NCBI GenBank assembly: GCA_023515725.1
Contig: JALDTO010000192.1
Location: 310,001 to 374,000, forward strand
DNA length: 64,000 nucleotides
From: Amoeboaphelidium protococcarum X5
Taxonomy: Eukaryota > Fungi > Aphelidiomycota
Reading direction: 5' to 3'
This document shows positions 40,835 through 52,323 of the stretch, in pieces (the stretch's first letter is position 1; each line of letters opens with the position of its first letter). The translations under genes and the position numbers were made by a program. A model generated the notes under the pieces. That model was given only the letters and a program-made list of their open reading frames with translations. It ran no database searches and had not been told where the DNA came from.

Positions 40835-42122
40835 ATGGCGGTGGAGAAACAAACAAAGCGTAAAACAAACAAACAGAATATGCTCAAGGTTCAAACATTA
40901 CCCCGCACTTACTCTTATCCTTCCGGCTCTAGACATAACTTAAAGGCGTGTATAGTTTCGGATTTGACAATAGATTGTATGAACATGACTTCTGCAACTA
41001 TTACTATGACTACATCTACTACGTCTACTTTAGACTGTGATGATTGTAACGATTTGTTTGGAGCCGCTGCACTGGCAAGAGTCTGCTACTCCGCTGCTGC
41101 TCGTTGGGCGTTCAGGAAGGCACCACTACCACCGTCACCACTCATCTCTATCCCAGCCGCCTTTCCAAGAACCCCTCGAATGACCAGAAGTAAGCGCGGT
41201 CCAAGTAGCTATGCATTTGCCTCTCCTCCTCCACGGTATCAGGCTGTCTTCGAGTCAGCGGTGGAGGGTGATGATATTGTGAGAGCAAGCACTGCGAAGG
41301 ACCTAGACTCTTGGGCGAGTGCACTGCCATTAGTATGTCCTGCTTTTCCTGCTGGCTTGACTCCCAACTCTGTACCCTCTTCTGCTGATAGTCCTGCTGC
41401 CGAGTCTGATGCTTCAGGATGCTGCTCTGATGTTAAGGTTCCTTCTACTGCTGCTGCTCCTTGGTGGTCTGATTTGGCTCCTCTCCTGCCTCGTGCTCCT
41501 GTGTTCCCTACTGGCCGCCTCTCCCCTCGCAAACCGGCTAACGTTGTATCAATGAAGGAGCTGCGTCGGTAAGCTTTGAAGAGTGAGAGTGCTGTAAAGT
41601 TTGCTACGAAAATTGGCAAGTCTGAGCAGTTTCTTTTTGCTTTGAAGGGTGGACCTGGCGCTTACTCCCGAGGTACGAAAGACGCTGTTATACGGGAGGA
41701 GACGGAGAACAGCTGGCAGACTGGACTGGTTTGGAAGAGTGGTGTCCGCTTGCAATCCCGAGTCTGGCACTCTGTGACTGAAGAGAACTTGGAAGACTTT
41801 GACATTCTTCGGGATGCAAAGCCTGAAAAGCTATCGAGAGAGTCAGTGGCCAGAGGGAAAATGACGAAGGAGATTCCAACGGTGATTGACTCTGATATTT
41901 ACTATCGGTCAGCCAAAGTTGAGTTTCCCGTCATGCAAGTTGCTCATGCTCGTGCGCTGGATCATTATGCAGAAAGGTACAGAGTTGGTAAGTCAAGTAA
42001 GCGGTGGGCATACTTGTGGCGGCTTGTTTAGGAGTTGGTCCGGCCAAAGTAAGTTTATATTATCCCGTTTATATATATTGTGATACTAACTGATGATATG
42101 TATGTGTAGGAAACGAAAGTGA
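40835..42122 (+). CDS. Multicopy hypothetical protein, Pro/Ser/Ala-rich, ending in NLS-like PKKRK; intron 42049-42109; start uncertain
   Basis: ORFs 40835 and 41576 join through TAA; canonical GTAAGT/TACTAAC/TGTAG intron; TGA 42120-42122; second copy at 1355. Confidence 0.7.
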
Positions 42123-42179
42123 TCTTGGCTGGATGCATCTCCCTGTTTGATATTTGAGGCTGGACCTGCAGCAAACGTG

Positions 42180-42330
42180 ACCACACAACTATACGACGAG
42201 GACTATACGACAACAACTCTACGACTATAATACAACTACACAACAACTACACAACAATACAACAACTATATAATATAAAAAATACAAAAAAAATACAAAA
42301 AATTACTAATTTAAAATTCCAAAAAAATTC
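42180..42330. repeat. Low-complexity ACA/ACT-rich and A-rich tract
   Basis: acaacaactac-type degenerate repeats followed by aaaatac repeats. Confidence 0.75.
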
Positions 42331-43654
42331 CCATGCAAAGGCAGCATTCCTCATTTTCGGAGGATGCTGTCCCCTGGACAATAGAAGCCGACCTTGCCGT
42401 GGTTCCGGGGCTTAGCTGAGAATTCAGTGACCAACGGGCTTCTACTCTCACTCTAATGAATTGATGACTGTATTATGTACTTGATTATCTCATATTTTAC
42501 TTTCTTTGTACTTTTGTATTGATTCTACTGGTGTTGAGCTTTGTCTACTGATGTTTAACACTATCGGTATCATGGTGTCCATCTCTTACTCAATCGTCTA
42601 CTATACGTTATTCGTTCATCACCTAAGTCATAGACGTGCATAGCTTCATGAACCAAAGCCACTGCAGTATGAGTCAAATGTACCTCCATCAACCATGCCA
42701 TTAAGTCAACTTTACTAAGGAAGCCTGATCGTATCTCTTGGCGCTAGCTATTCAGTTATTAAGTGAACTATCAATCTTAAGGCTTAGTGTACTATTAAGC
42801 AGTTACCGAACCATATATTTGAGAGTAGATTGAATTTGACATCTTTTTACATAACTTTAAACCCAATGCAGCAGGATAAAGACCTATCACTCTTGTCGTA
42901 AAAGTCAGAATAGAGCTGTAATAGACCATAAGCTCCCACTAACTCGACGAACATGCATCAGTTATGGCAACGCGTACAATACTTGGTATTCTTTTTCTTC
43001 TTAATTCGCAGCTTATATATTAATCGATTACAACCAATTCATTGATATCATAGGTAGGAGTGTTAGACCAGACACTACTGAAAGTGTTAAGTGATAATTC
43101 AACGTGGATCAAAACATCTTGCACTCTAAGCAGAACAAGTGCTTTCTTCTGGCGTCCGCCAGTTGTGGTTCAACTAATGCCATTTCTCATATTTAGCATC
43201 TTCAAAATCCTAGATCTTTCAATTAGCTCATTAGGAACTAGATCACACCTACTCTCGCCATTTTCAACATTTTAACCGATCCAAAGGAGATAGACAAGGC
43301 CTGCAGAATAAGAACTCAGCATATGTCACTCTCAGCTCCTATGTACACTTTATAACAAGATTTTAAAGCCAATGGTCATTGTGAGCAAGCAAATTGAAGA
43401 CTGATCAATATTACGGATGATATAAATGAGGAATAGACTGGTAGAGTAGCTTCAACAAAGATTTCCTCTGCCGTTCGTCTAAAACTACCACCAACTTCAA
43501 ACTGAAAACTACCATCAACAGATATTCTCCTCGATGAGATACAGTTAAGTTGCCCATATACGATATCGCTTCATTATTATATACGTTGATGACTAAACTT
43601 ACAGAGTACATATCAGTAAAGATATAATCATTGCATGAAACACCCAAAAGATAG

Positions 43655-44110
43655 AAAAGTCATATGAGAACTAACTCCAGAATCGCAGATCCATTCAAAT
43701 TTATTACGCCCATTTAATAGTTAAATTACTACACAGGCGTTCTCCGGACTTTCAGACTTCTCACCCAATCCTTTGCTGAACATTGCGACCAAGTCGCTTT
43801 GAACTGAATGAGATACAGCATTAGCTACTTCGACAGATTATGCCGCCTCAGCAGCCACATTAGCCTTTTAACTCTAACCATTAGTGTTGGCGTCCTGCTA
43901 TGTGGACTTCGGATACTATCCTTCCTTATCGCCACCCTTGGCACGACAGTTCTTTTTCTCATGACCAGATTTCTTGCAGTTGTCACATACCACTTTGCAG
44001 GACTTGGCTTAGGATAGCAGTGCCTGATCATGGGTCTTTTGAGGCTTCACCAATCTGAGATCGCTTTCGATTCTCATAAATTGCATAAGCAGCTTGTCAA
44101 AATCATCCAA
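43655..44110 (-). mobile_element. Ty1/Copia gag zinc-knuckle and protease fragment
   Basis: One code-6 frame: CDNCKKSGHEKKNCRAKGGDKEGQ (CCHC) ... WICDSGVSSHMT. Confidence 0.88.
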
Positions 44111-44199
44111 GTTAGTGGATCCAACTAAGTGATCCCTTAATCTCAAGATGAATTGGGTAATAAGAAGAGATACTTAAATGCGGTATAGCATGCGTATGA

Positions 44200-44385
44200 G
44201 CAGGATGCTTCGATGATGACATGGACAACTTAGTCCCTAAATTCTTCATAAGATGATCCCAAAACTTCGACGTAAACGATGTGTCTCGGTCACTTATTAT
44301 TCTTCTAGGCAGACCATGATGCTTAAATATATGGAGAACAAATACATTCGCAATGTCTTTTGCAGTAGTATTAGAAGGCACCCTT
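44200..44385 (-). mobile_element. Ty3/Gypsy integrase core fragment
   Basis: TAKDIANVFVLHIFKHHGLPRRIISDRDTSFTSKFW...LGTKLSMSSSKHP; truncated before the QTDGQ.E motif. Confidence 0.9.
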
Positions 44386-45120
44386 TTACTTCAGCTTACA
44401 CTTAAAGTGTCTCAGTGGAGGAGCACGACCCAAGACAGCTTAATAATGGCGCGCTATTCTGAGTTTGAGCTCCAAATATCGGAAGTTACGCTATACTTGC
44501 TGTCGCGCAACGAAGACACTCACTATCTCATTCTTTTGCTGTGGTTTAAGATCAATGATCTGGTCATTTCAGTAGTAATCATTCAGTTTACCAACTTTCA
44601 ACTTGGTTAATATTTGCAGCAGCGGCTTAGAAAAGCTCCCAGGTTCCTTGTCACGGAGGTAAGAAAAGAATATCTTCTCCTAGTTGTGGGAAGCGAGCTA
44701 CCACCAAAAGACACGTTCACCGATTCCCTGAATCCAAACAAAACAATGTAGATGGAGGCTACCATGATTTTTGCGCTTCAATCATTCCATAAAAGGAAGA
44801 AACATGACTTATCTTCTCAATTTGCGAAGTAGTATATCTATAGATGTTCATGGTCCATTGATTTCAACACCAGGCTATTAGAATATAATGCATAAAATGG
44901 GGCAATAAGACAGAGTCGCCCACCTTGACTACCTATACTCAGCCAAAAATATGTTCATTTCCCTGGATATTTTATAGCAGATCTAAAAAATAATTATTCC
45001 GGCCAATCATTGACCAGAAATGACTTGTGGAGATACAATGGAAGTATGGAACATAGATATAGTCTTCAAGTATATACAGTAGGACTATATCAAAATCTAG
45101 CTCAGATTATATGTGATTGT

Positions 45121-45381
45121 TCAAAAATAGCGGCCTAGCATTTCTATCGTGATATTTAAGAGCTCCAGCATCTCATCAATGGATACAAGAGGTGTCTCAT
45201 CAATGATGAAGAGATTCACAGATTTCAAGTCACGCTTTATTGCGTGTGTTACCTTCACCACAAACCTTTTCTCAAACTCAGCATCAAAGGGTATTCTGAA
45301 TAAGGGAATATATATATTTTTGCCACCAACTCGACGAGCAGCGTTATTACTAGATGACAGTATTCGGCATTTAATACGCAT
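45121..45381 (-). mobile_element. Degenerate Helitron/Pif1 helicase fragment
   Basis: SSSNNAARRVGG...LFRIP...LKSVNLFIIDE...LELLN matches Pif1-family motifs Ia, Ib and Walker B. Confidence 0.7.
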
Positions 45382-46474
45382 TCTACGCGACTCGACTTGA
45401 CTCTGACACGAATAGTCTTAGTTAAAAGAGGCTAGATGGTTTGATACGCTGCTTTTCGGGTACAATGCGCGGCAATGATGTTCTAAACTCGTTCCCCAGA
45501 TTCTGATTTATTTGCTGCAGCGTTATTTACTATTGTTACAGTGCCATTTGAAATTGCTACATCGTAATCTGCAATTCATTGATGGAACGAGCATATTTCG
45601 TCTCACCAGTTATCAAAGCAGCTATACCATCTCTCAAAGCAAGTATATTACCTGCATTCTCCTCATGGGCAAGCAAGAGCGCGTGTTCTTAGCAATGTTT
45701 TTTCCAGAGCAACTCTCTCAACTACTTCACGCTCCTCCTGAGATGAAATACTGTAGTTCCAAATTCTGCACAGACAGAAACGGGAAACTGCTAATACCGC
45801 CAAAATCACCTCTTAAAATTACAACCTTCTGTACGCTTTCTTTTCAGCAACTGGTATCATTATTAAGTATTTATCAGGCGTTTCTCTATCGACAATATAT
45901 TCATCTCAAAGATGTAGCAGTATGTTATATACTCTTTAGACGGTAAAGCCAGTTTTCAAACTCTCAATTTTTATCGCCTGGCTCGTAATCCCACTATTTC
46001 AAATTGCATCTCGTCAAGTACGGCGTTCATTATCGCATATAAAGAATGTCAGTATGGATAAATTATCTTCATATAAATTCCTAATACACAGCCATACAAG
46101 TTTTAAAGGCTCTTCAACATGCACGTACTATATTCTTTCTCTGTGTGACCGCGTTCACTCGCACAAAATCATATTAATACTTCCTTAGACTCAGCAAGCA
46201 ATAACAGAACATGATATCAAAAGTGCGTTTAACCATACAGACTATATCAATGCTTCCTAGCACCTATTCCTGAATTCAGGTGATAACTCCTACTTATTCC
46301 CATTCAACATCAACAAATCAACGCGAAGGAGAAGAGGAAACTTCCCGCCGCGGGACAAAAACATTCATTCTCTGTTGACTCGTCAGAAATTCATAAAAGA
46401 TTCATCGTTATAAGTATTCAACCTTTCTTATTATTATTATTGGACTGATTATAAATATACTCTGAGGGAATATA

Positions 46475-48292
46475 ATGGATGCTCAGAAGGCGATACAGAA
46501 TTATGTGGAAAAGATGATCCAAGTTTAGGGAATGAAAGCCCTGCTCTTGGACAAGGATACTACTCCATTTGTCAGCGTCACCTACACTCAGACTCAACTG
46601 CTGTAAAAGGAAGTGTTTCTGATTGAGCGTCTGGAGAATAAGAACAAGTCTATGCATTAAGATTCTGCTCAATATCAGAACAGTAGTAGTAGTAATCCGA
46701 GTGCTAATGCTTCCCTTAAACATTTGAAAGCGATAGTGTTCATCCGCCCATCCCCAGATTCTATCATGCACTTGTGTGATGAACTCAGGAATCCGCAATT
46801 CTCAGAGTATCACCTCTACTTTTCTAATATTTGTAAAAAGTCCTAGATTGAGCGGTGTGCAGAGTGTGATGAATTTGAAGTTGTCAAGTCGCTGAATGAA
46901 TTCTATGGAGATTACCTGGCTCTGGGCTCCGATTTGGTATCGCTGGGCATGAATGACTGGAATCAGTATCGCGTGTATGGAGATGCACCTAGCCAATGGG
47001 ATGCAGTGTCTTTGAATCGCTGCGTAGAGGGAATCGGCTCCCTACTACTCTCTCTAAAGAAGCGTCCAATGATCAGATTTGAGCGTAATTCTCTCCTGGC
47101 TAAGCGGTTGGGAAATGAACTGCAGGCTCTGATGAACCAGGAGCAGTAGTTATTCGACTTTCGCCGTGGAGAGACTACTCCTATACTCCTTCTGTTGGAG
47201 AGGAGAAATGATCCAGTCACTCCGCTGGTTAGTCCATGGACGTATCAGGCTATGGTGCATGAACTGTTGGAAATTTAGAATGGTAGAGTATCACTGGCTA
47301 ATGTACCGGATATACGAGCTGAGCTGAAGGAGGTTGTTCTGTCTGCGTATAATGACCAATTTTATCGCAAGAATATGTTTATGAATCTTGGTGATCTGTC
47401 AGAGAGTATCAGGAATTACGTGGCAGAATATTAGTCCAAATCTCATTCAACTATGAACATTGAGAGCATTAGTGATATGAAGAGATTCGTGGAGGAGTAT
47501 CCGGAGTTCCGTAAGATGAGCGGTAATGTGTCTATGCACGTGGCTATCGTTAGTGAATTGTCTCGCCTAGTGAACAAGTTTAGTCTGTTGGAGATTGGAG
47601 AGCTGGAATAGTCTCTCGCCACCATAGATAGTCATACTAATGATTTGCGTATACTCTTGGAATTAATTAATGGTAAGCCAAACATTCCGGCAGAAGTCAA
47701 ATTGAAGTGTGCAATTTTATATGCTTTGCGGTATGAAAAGCATTCAGCTAATAGTACATCTACCGTGGTTGATGCTCTGATACGCAGTGGAGTGGGCGAG
47801 CGATAGATTGCCATGCTTTAGCAGATGATTAAGTTCGCTGGCAGTGACCAGAGATTGGAGGATGTATTCAGCAATGAGTCTTTCCTTAATAAAGGCAAAG
47901 TCATATTTAAAGGATTAAAAGGTGTGGAGAATGTTTATGAGCAGCATCGTCCATAGTTGTCACAAACTCTGGAGCAGTTGATGAAAGGCCGCTTGAAGGA
48001 GTCTAACTACCCGCTTCTGGATGCCTCGTCCTAATCTCCAGGAGGCGGTGTCACTTCTGCTGTATCATCTACTTAATCGCAAGCTACCGCTGGTAGAACT
48101 CAGGAAGTGATTGTATTTATTATTGGTGGTGCAACGTATGCCGAGGCGAAAGTTGTCAGTTAGTTGAATGCCACTGGGTAGATTAAGGTTATCCTGGCCT
48201 CCAACACTCTCATAAATAGCTCACAATTCCTCAAATCTGTATCTGACGCGTCCCTACGATGGAAGCAGGAGTCTAACATTTATGCTCGCTGA
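46475..48292 (+). CDS. VPS45: Sec1/Munc18 protein Vps45 (605 aa)
   Basis: [12 protein letters not shown]; LLQKEVFL; [11 protein letters not shown]; RRNDPVTPL; [18 protein letters not shown]; GLKGVENVY; IIGGATYAE. Confidence 0.95.
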
Positions 48293-48519
48293 TTGTCTTG
48301 ATCAATGCATAATAATAGTTTAATTAAGAAAAGTGAATTGTGACGATTTCTTAGTGATCGCATGCATCGAGTAATAACTTGATTGGATATTGCTGATTAG
48401 CCTCCTGTATTTGCTTTATTTCTGTAACACGCTTAAATACATCTTTTATTTCAATTATCATTAGTTACACATTTTCCAAGTCCTAAAATAACATTGTGTC
48501 AGTGTTGAGTTTAGTACTA

Positions 48520-50871
48520 ATGACATTGAATAAAGAAGCGCTAATTTAAAAATTAGAAAAATTCGGACTACCATAGTTGGCTGCTCAGGTAGAGCTAGTT
48601 TCGATTGATTATTTGCATGGCCTGCAGGAATCTTAATGGCAAAGACTTTGTGATGATATTTTCATTGGATATTTCATCTATAACTATCTCCATCCATTGC
48701 CTTAGCCTATATCGAATGGTGCAAAGAGCCTGCAGTCATCACTACCGTCAGCTGATCCGCAGGGTAAGCCCGTTGAATTGAATGATAAGGATCTGTTGTA
48801 CTTTTTGAATATGCAGATGAAAGATGCCGCTGTATTTCATCGTGTGCCACACGTTATTCGGCCTGCTGCACGTGCAATCCCTCTTTGTGGTAGGCAGGCA
48901 GCGTTGGAGTAGGCCGCCGAGTGTATGAAGGTATTATCGCTGCCTTCAGTGGAGACTGACCGCGTCAATTGCAAGATTCCAGTATGTGCTGGTCTGTCAG
49001 GCCTTGGCAAGACGCGAATGCTGGAGGAGTGGTAGCAGATAATGGATCTGGCTGGTATTACCTGTAATCGTCTAGGTGCTCTGGTGTTGTACTACAATGG
49101 CCACATGCCGCATCCGGTGGAGCGTAAGATGACCATTGAGGCTTCATTTTCATGGAGATTGCTGCATCGTTTGTTTATTGAAGGTAACGGTGATGGATTT
49201 GCTGCATGGTTTACTAAGCAACTGCCGGTTAATGGTGGAGATTTGACGCTTCGTCTGGCCTCGACTGTTATTCGCCAATAATGTATTAGACTGGGACTAA
49301 TCAAGTTTGATGCTACGCTTCATCTATTTATTGGAGTAGATGAATATTAGTGTATTCATGAAGTTGGTGGAAAGAGGATGCGTAATGAGGAGTTGTTGCA
49401 AGATCTGCTCGATGTATTAGGGGATGTTATATCTGATCCTGTTGACGGTGTTCGTATATATCCAATGTTTGCCGGACTTGACTTTTCCGTTATATCAAAG
49501 CCTTGTGTCACACGAGTCTAAGTTGTGCGTCTGCCAATGTACCTGCTGACTTAGGCAGATATTGAGGAAGCGGTGTGTTCTTGTTCTGATGGTCAGCGCC
49601 TGTTATAGCACAACCAAGTCCGTCGCCATTTGTTCTACCTTGGTGGTGTTGCGAGATGGGTTACTGAGTATATCTTGATGTTACTGTAAAAAATTGAAGG
49701 GATTCCAGCTGATGGATTTTTGTCTGCGGATACTATTGAGAGGACATTTAATTTCATCAAAAGGGAATTTGTTGATCGATGGGGAGGTAATTTGGATCCA
49801 ATTGACTTTGTAAGACTCGCAGCATTTGCGTTAGCTGGAAAACCTGTTCAATTGAATGACAAGTAGATTGGTGGTATCAAGTGGTCTCGCCTTCGTGATA
49901 GTTCAGTGTGTTTGATAAATGATGGCAATCAAGTGACGATCCCGTATACTATATTGCGTATAGTGGCTCAGTATTCCAAAGTCTCATTTGGCAACGAGTA
50001 TTCGGATGCTATCGGCTGCATGATTGCCTGCTTGAAGGGATTGATTGAGAAGGTGGACCAGTTAATTTACGATAAAGCACCATGGCAGTTTTGGGAGGTA
50101 TTTGGGGCTTACTACCACGCTTTGCGTATAAATTCTCTGATCATAGTCTCTGGATCTCAGTGCAGAGTGAGCGATTTGCTGAAAGGTGCCTTGTATAATT
50201 TGTAGAGTGATTTTGAAGTGGAACTGAAGCCGATGAGCGTCATGGAGACTGCGGATAAGTTTTCAAAGTCGATGAAGTAATTACTAGGACGTAAGGGGCA
50301 TGAAAATGAACAACATGACTGGTTAAATGAAGGCCTGGTTTTAATAAATGGGGAAGGTGGAGCAGGTGTTGATTTGTTTTATGCATTGAAAAAGTTCGAC
50401 TCCGATGGGTACGTAGTCATAACGGACTAACGCAAACGCTCGGGAGGTAGTGATCTTGGTGCTGCCAGAGTCAATAGCCTGCTTGAGAATGCTCGTATCA
50501 TGCCTGATATTATTGCACTTAATAGCTGGGTGATACCATGTCTATTCAGCTGCATTACAAGTGCTAATGTTGGCGCATCTGATTTGCCCTAGTAGAGTGC
50601 TATTGTGTCTTATAGTCAAAGTCGAAAGTATCATGGCACATTATTTACTCATCCTGCTTCCAGTCCATTTGTCAACATTAACAAAGATCCTATCTCGTTT
50701 ATCCTAATGCTTTTGTCCGGCAAGGATAAGCGCACTGTGGCTGAAGCAATTATGCTGAAGAGACAAGTCAAGCTGTTCACTTCTAGTGATGATCTTGAGA
50801 GCTTTGTTGGAGATTAGCAGCGTTATTGTAAGCTGATTGATGACTTCAAGTAAAGAGTTACATTTTGCTGA
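48520..50871 (+). CDS. Crinkler (CR)-like effector: helical header, P-loop NTPase, REase, helix-hairpin-helix-like end (783 aa)
   Basis: W...IGYFIYNYLHP header; GLSGLGKT Walker A; LFIGVDEYQ Walker B; INGEGGAGVDLFYAL...ITDQRKR nuclease-like motif; VNINKD...AEAIMLKR...FTSSDDL. Confidence 0.8.
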
Positions 50872-51188
50872 GTGAGTGAGTGTGTGTGTGTGTTTGTGTG
50901 AAGTATGGTATCAGTCGCGTACAAGAGTTTTAGCGTTTAAAAAAGAACATTATATATTTTGCAGGTAAAGAATTAACTTCATCGTGATGAGATATTTGGT
51001 ATCAATAAATAGCATTCAATATTTTTAAAGCTTTTAGTCAAGGTTAATCTATCTTCATGTTTTTAACTTCACTGTCATTAAACTTTACTGTCGCGTGTAC
51101 TGATTTCGCTCGTTCTATTCTCACGTTATCACCCTTTGATTGAGAAAGTTCAAGGTTTAATATTCTAGATAGTAATTCAAATTCAGTA

Positions 51189-52235
51189 ATGGCTGGTAGC
51201 AATTAAGAACCACAAGAGTTGTTACTAGATCCGCAGATCCGCGACTGGATACTGTTTCCCATTATGGTGATCATGCTGCTCATCGGAGTGCTCAGACATT
51301 ATGTCACCCAGGCAATGAACGCATCCTCTAATCAAAAGACTGACTTGAAGCAGATTCGCTAGCAGTAATTTATTTGCTTTATTGGTGTTAATATCAATAT
51401 TCTATTACGTGTTATGAGTGTAGATAGTATATTCTAAAGGCCAAGCTGTACAGTTCACCCGCTGCCAATCTGCTGCCATACAACAGATTCTAGATGAGAA
51501 AGACTGCGCTGATGAACAAGTTGACGGATGGATATTTATTAGTGGCTCCTCCTTCATAATCTACTGCATCCAGTGATGTGACGTAAAAGTAGAAAAATGA
51601 TGATGATCAGTCTCAAGCACCTCCGCCCAATCCAATGGGTGATCCCGCCCAAATGGAGGTGATGATGGATGGAATGAAGAAGAATATGGTGATGATGGTT
51701 CCGCAAATGATTATGATGGGGTGGATTTCATACTTTTTCGCTGGCTTCATTATAGGTAATTGTTGTAGTTATATATATATCTGCTTAATGTACATATATC
51801 TTTACGCGTTATATATATTTGTTTGTAGTGAAATTGCCGTTCCCACTGACTGTCAGATTCAAGGCCATGCTGTAGAAGGACATCATGACACCCAACATGG
51901 ATGTGGCATGGGTATCCTCTCTTTCATGGTACTTTTTAAACTTGTTCGGTTTGAATAAGATCTTCTCGCTAATACTAGGTGATGGAAGTGCGGCCGGTGG
52001 AATGGGAGATATGCAAGCGATGGCTAATCCAATGATGATGCAGCAGTAGTAGTAATAATAACCAGGTCAGGTGGTTGATATGAAAAAGGTGTTGGCGGGG
52101 GAGAAGGAGTCTATGGAACTATTTCATCACCAATGGGACCTGGCCGGAGTAGAAGAGCGTCTTCTCAACAATTACTTTAGCAAGTAGTAGTCACCATCTA
52201 ATACTAAATCGCTGAAGGAGAAAAAGAATTTGTGA
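51189..52235 (+). CDS. EMC3: ER membrane protein complex subunit 3; introns 51365-51423 and 51756-51828
   Basis: [15 protein letters not shown]...GVLRHYV; [12 protein letters not shown]; [15 protein letters not shown]; [15 protein letters not shown]. Confidence 0.95.
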
Positions 52236-52323
52236 TATTGTGCATTGTTATTACTTGACATATATATTCAATATCTTGTTAAATTATATCATATATTAAC
52301 TTGATTAATTTAAAACGACTAGA

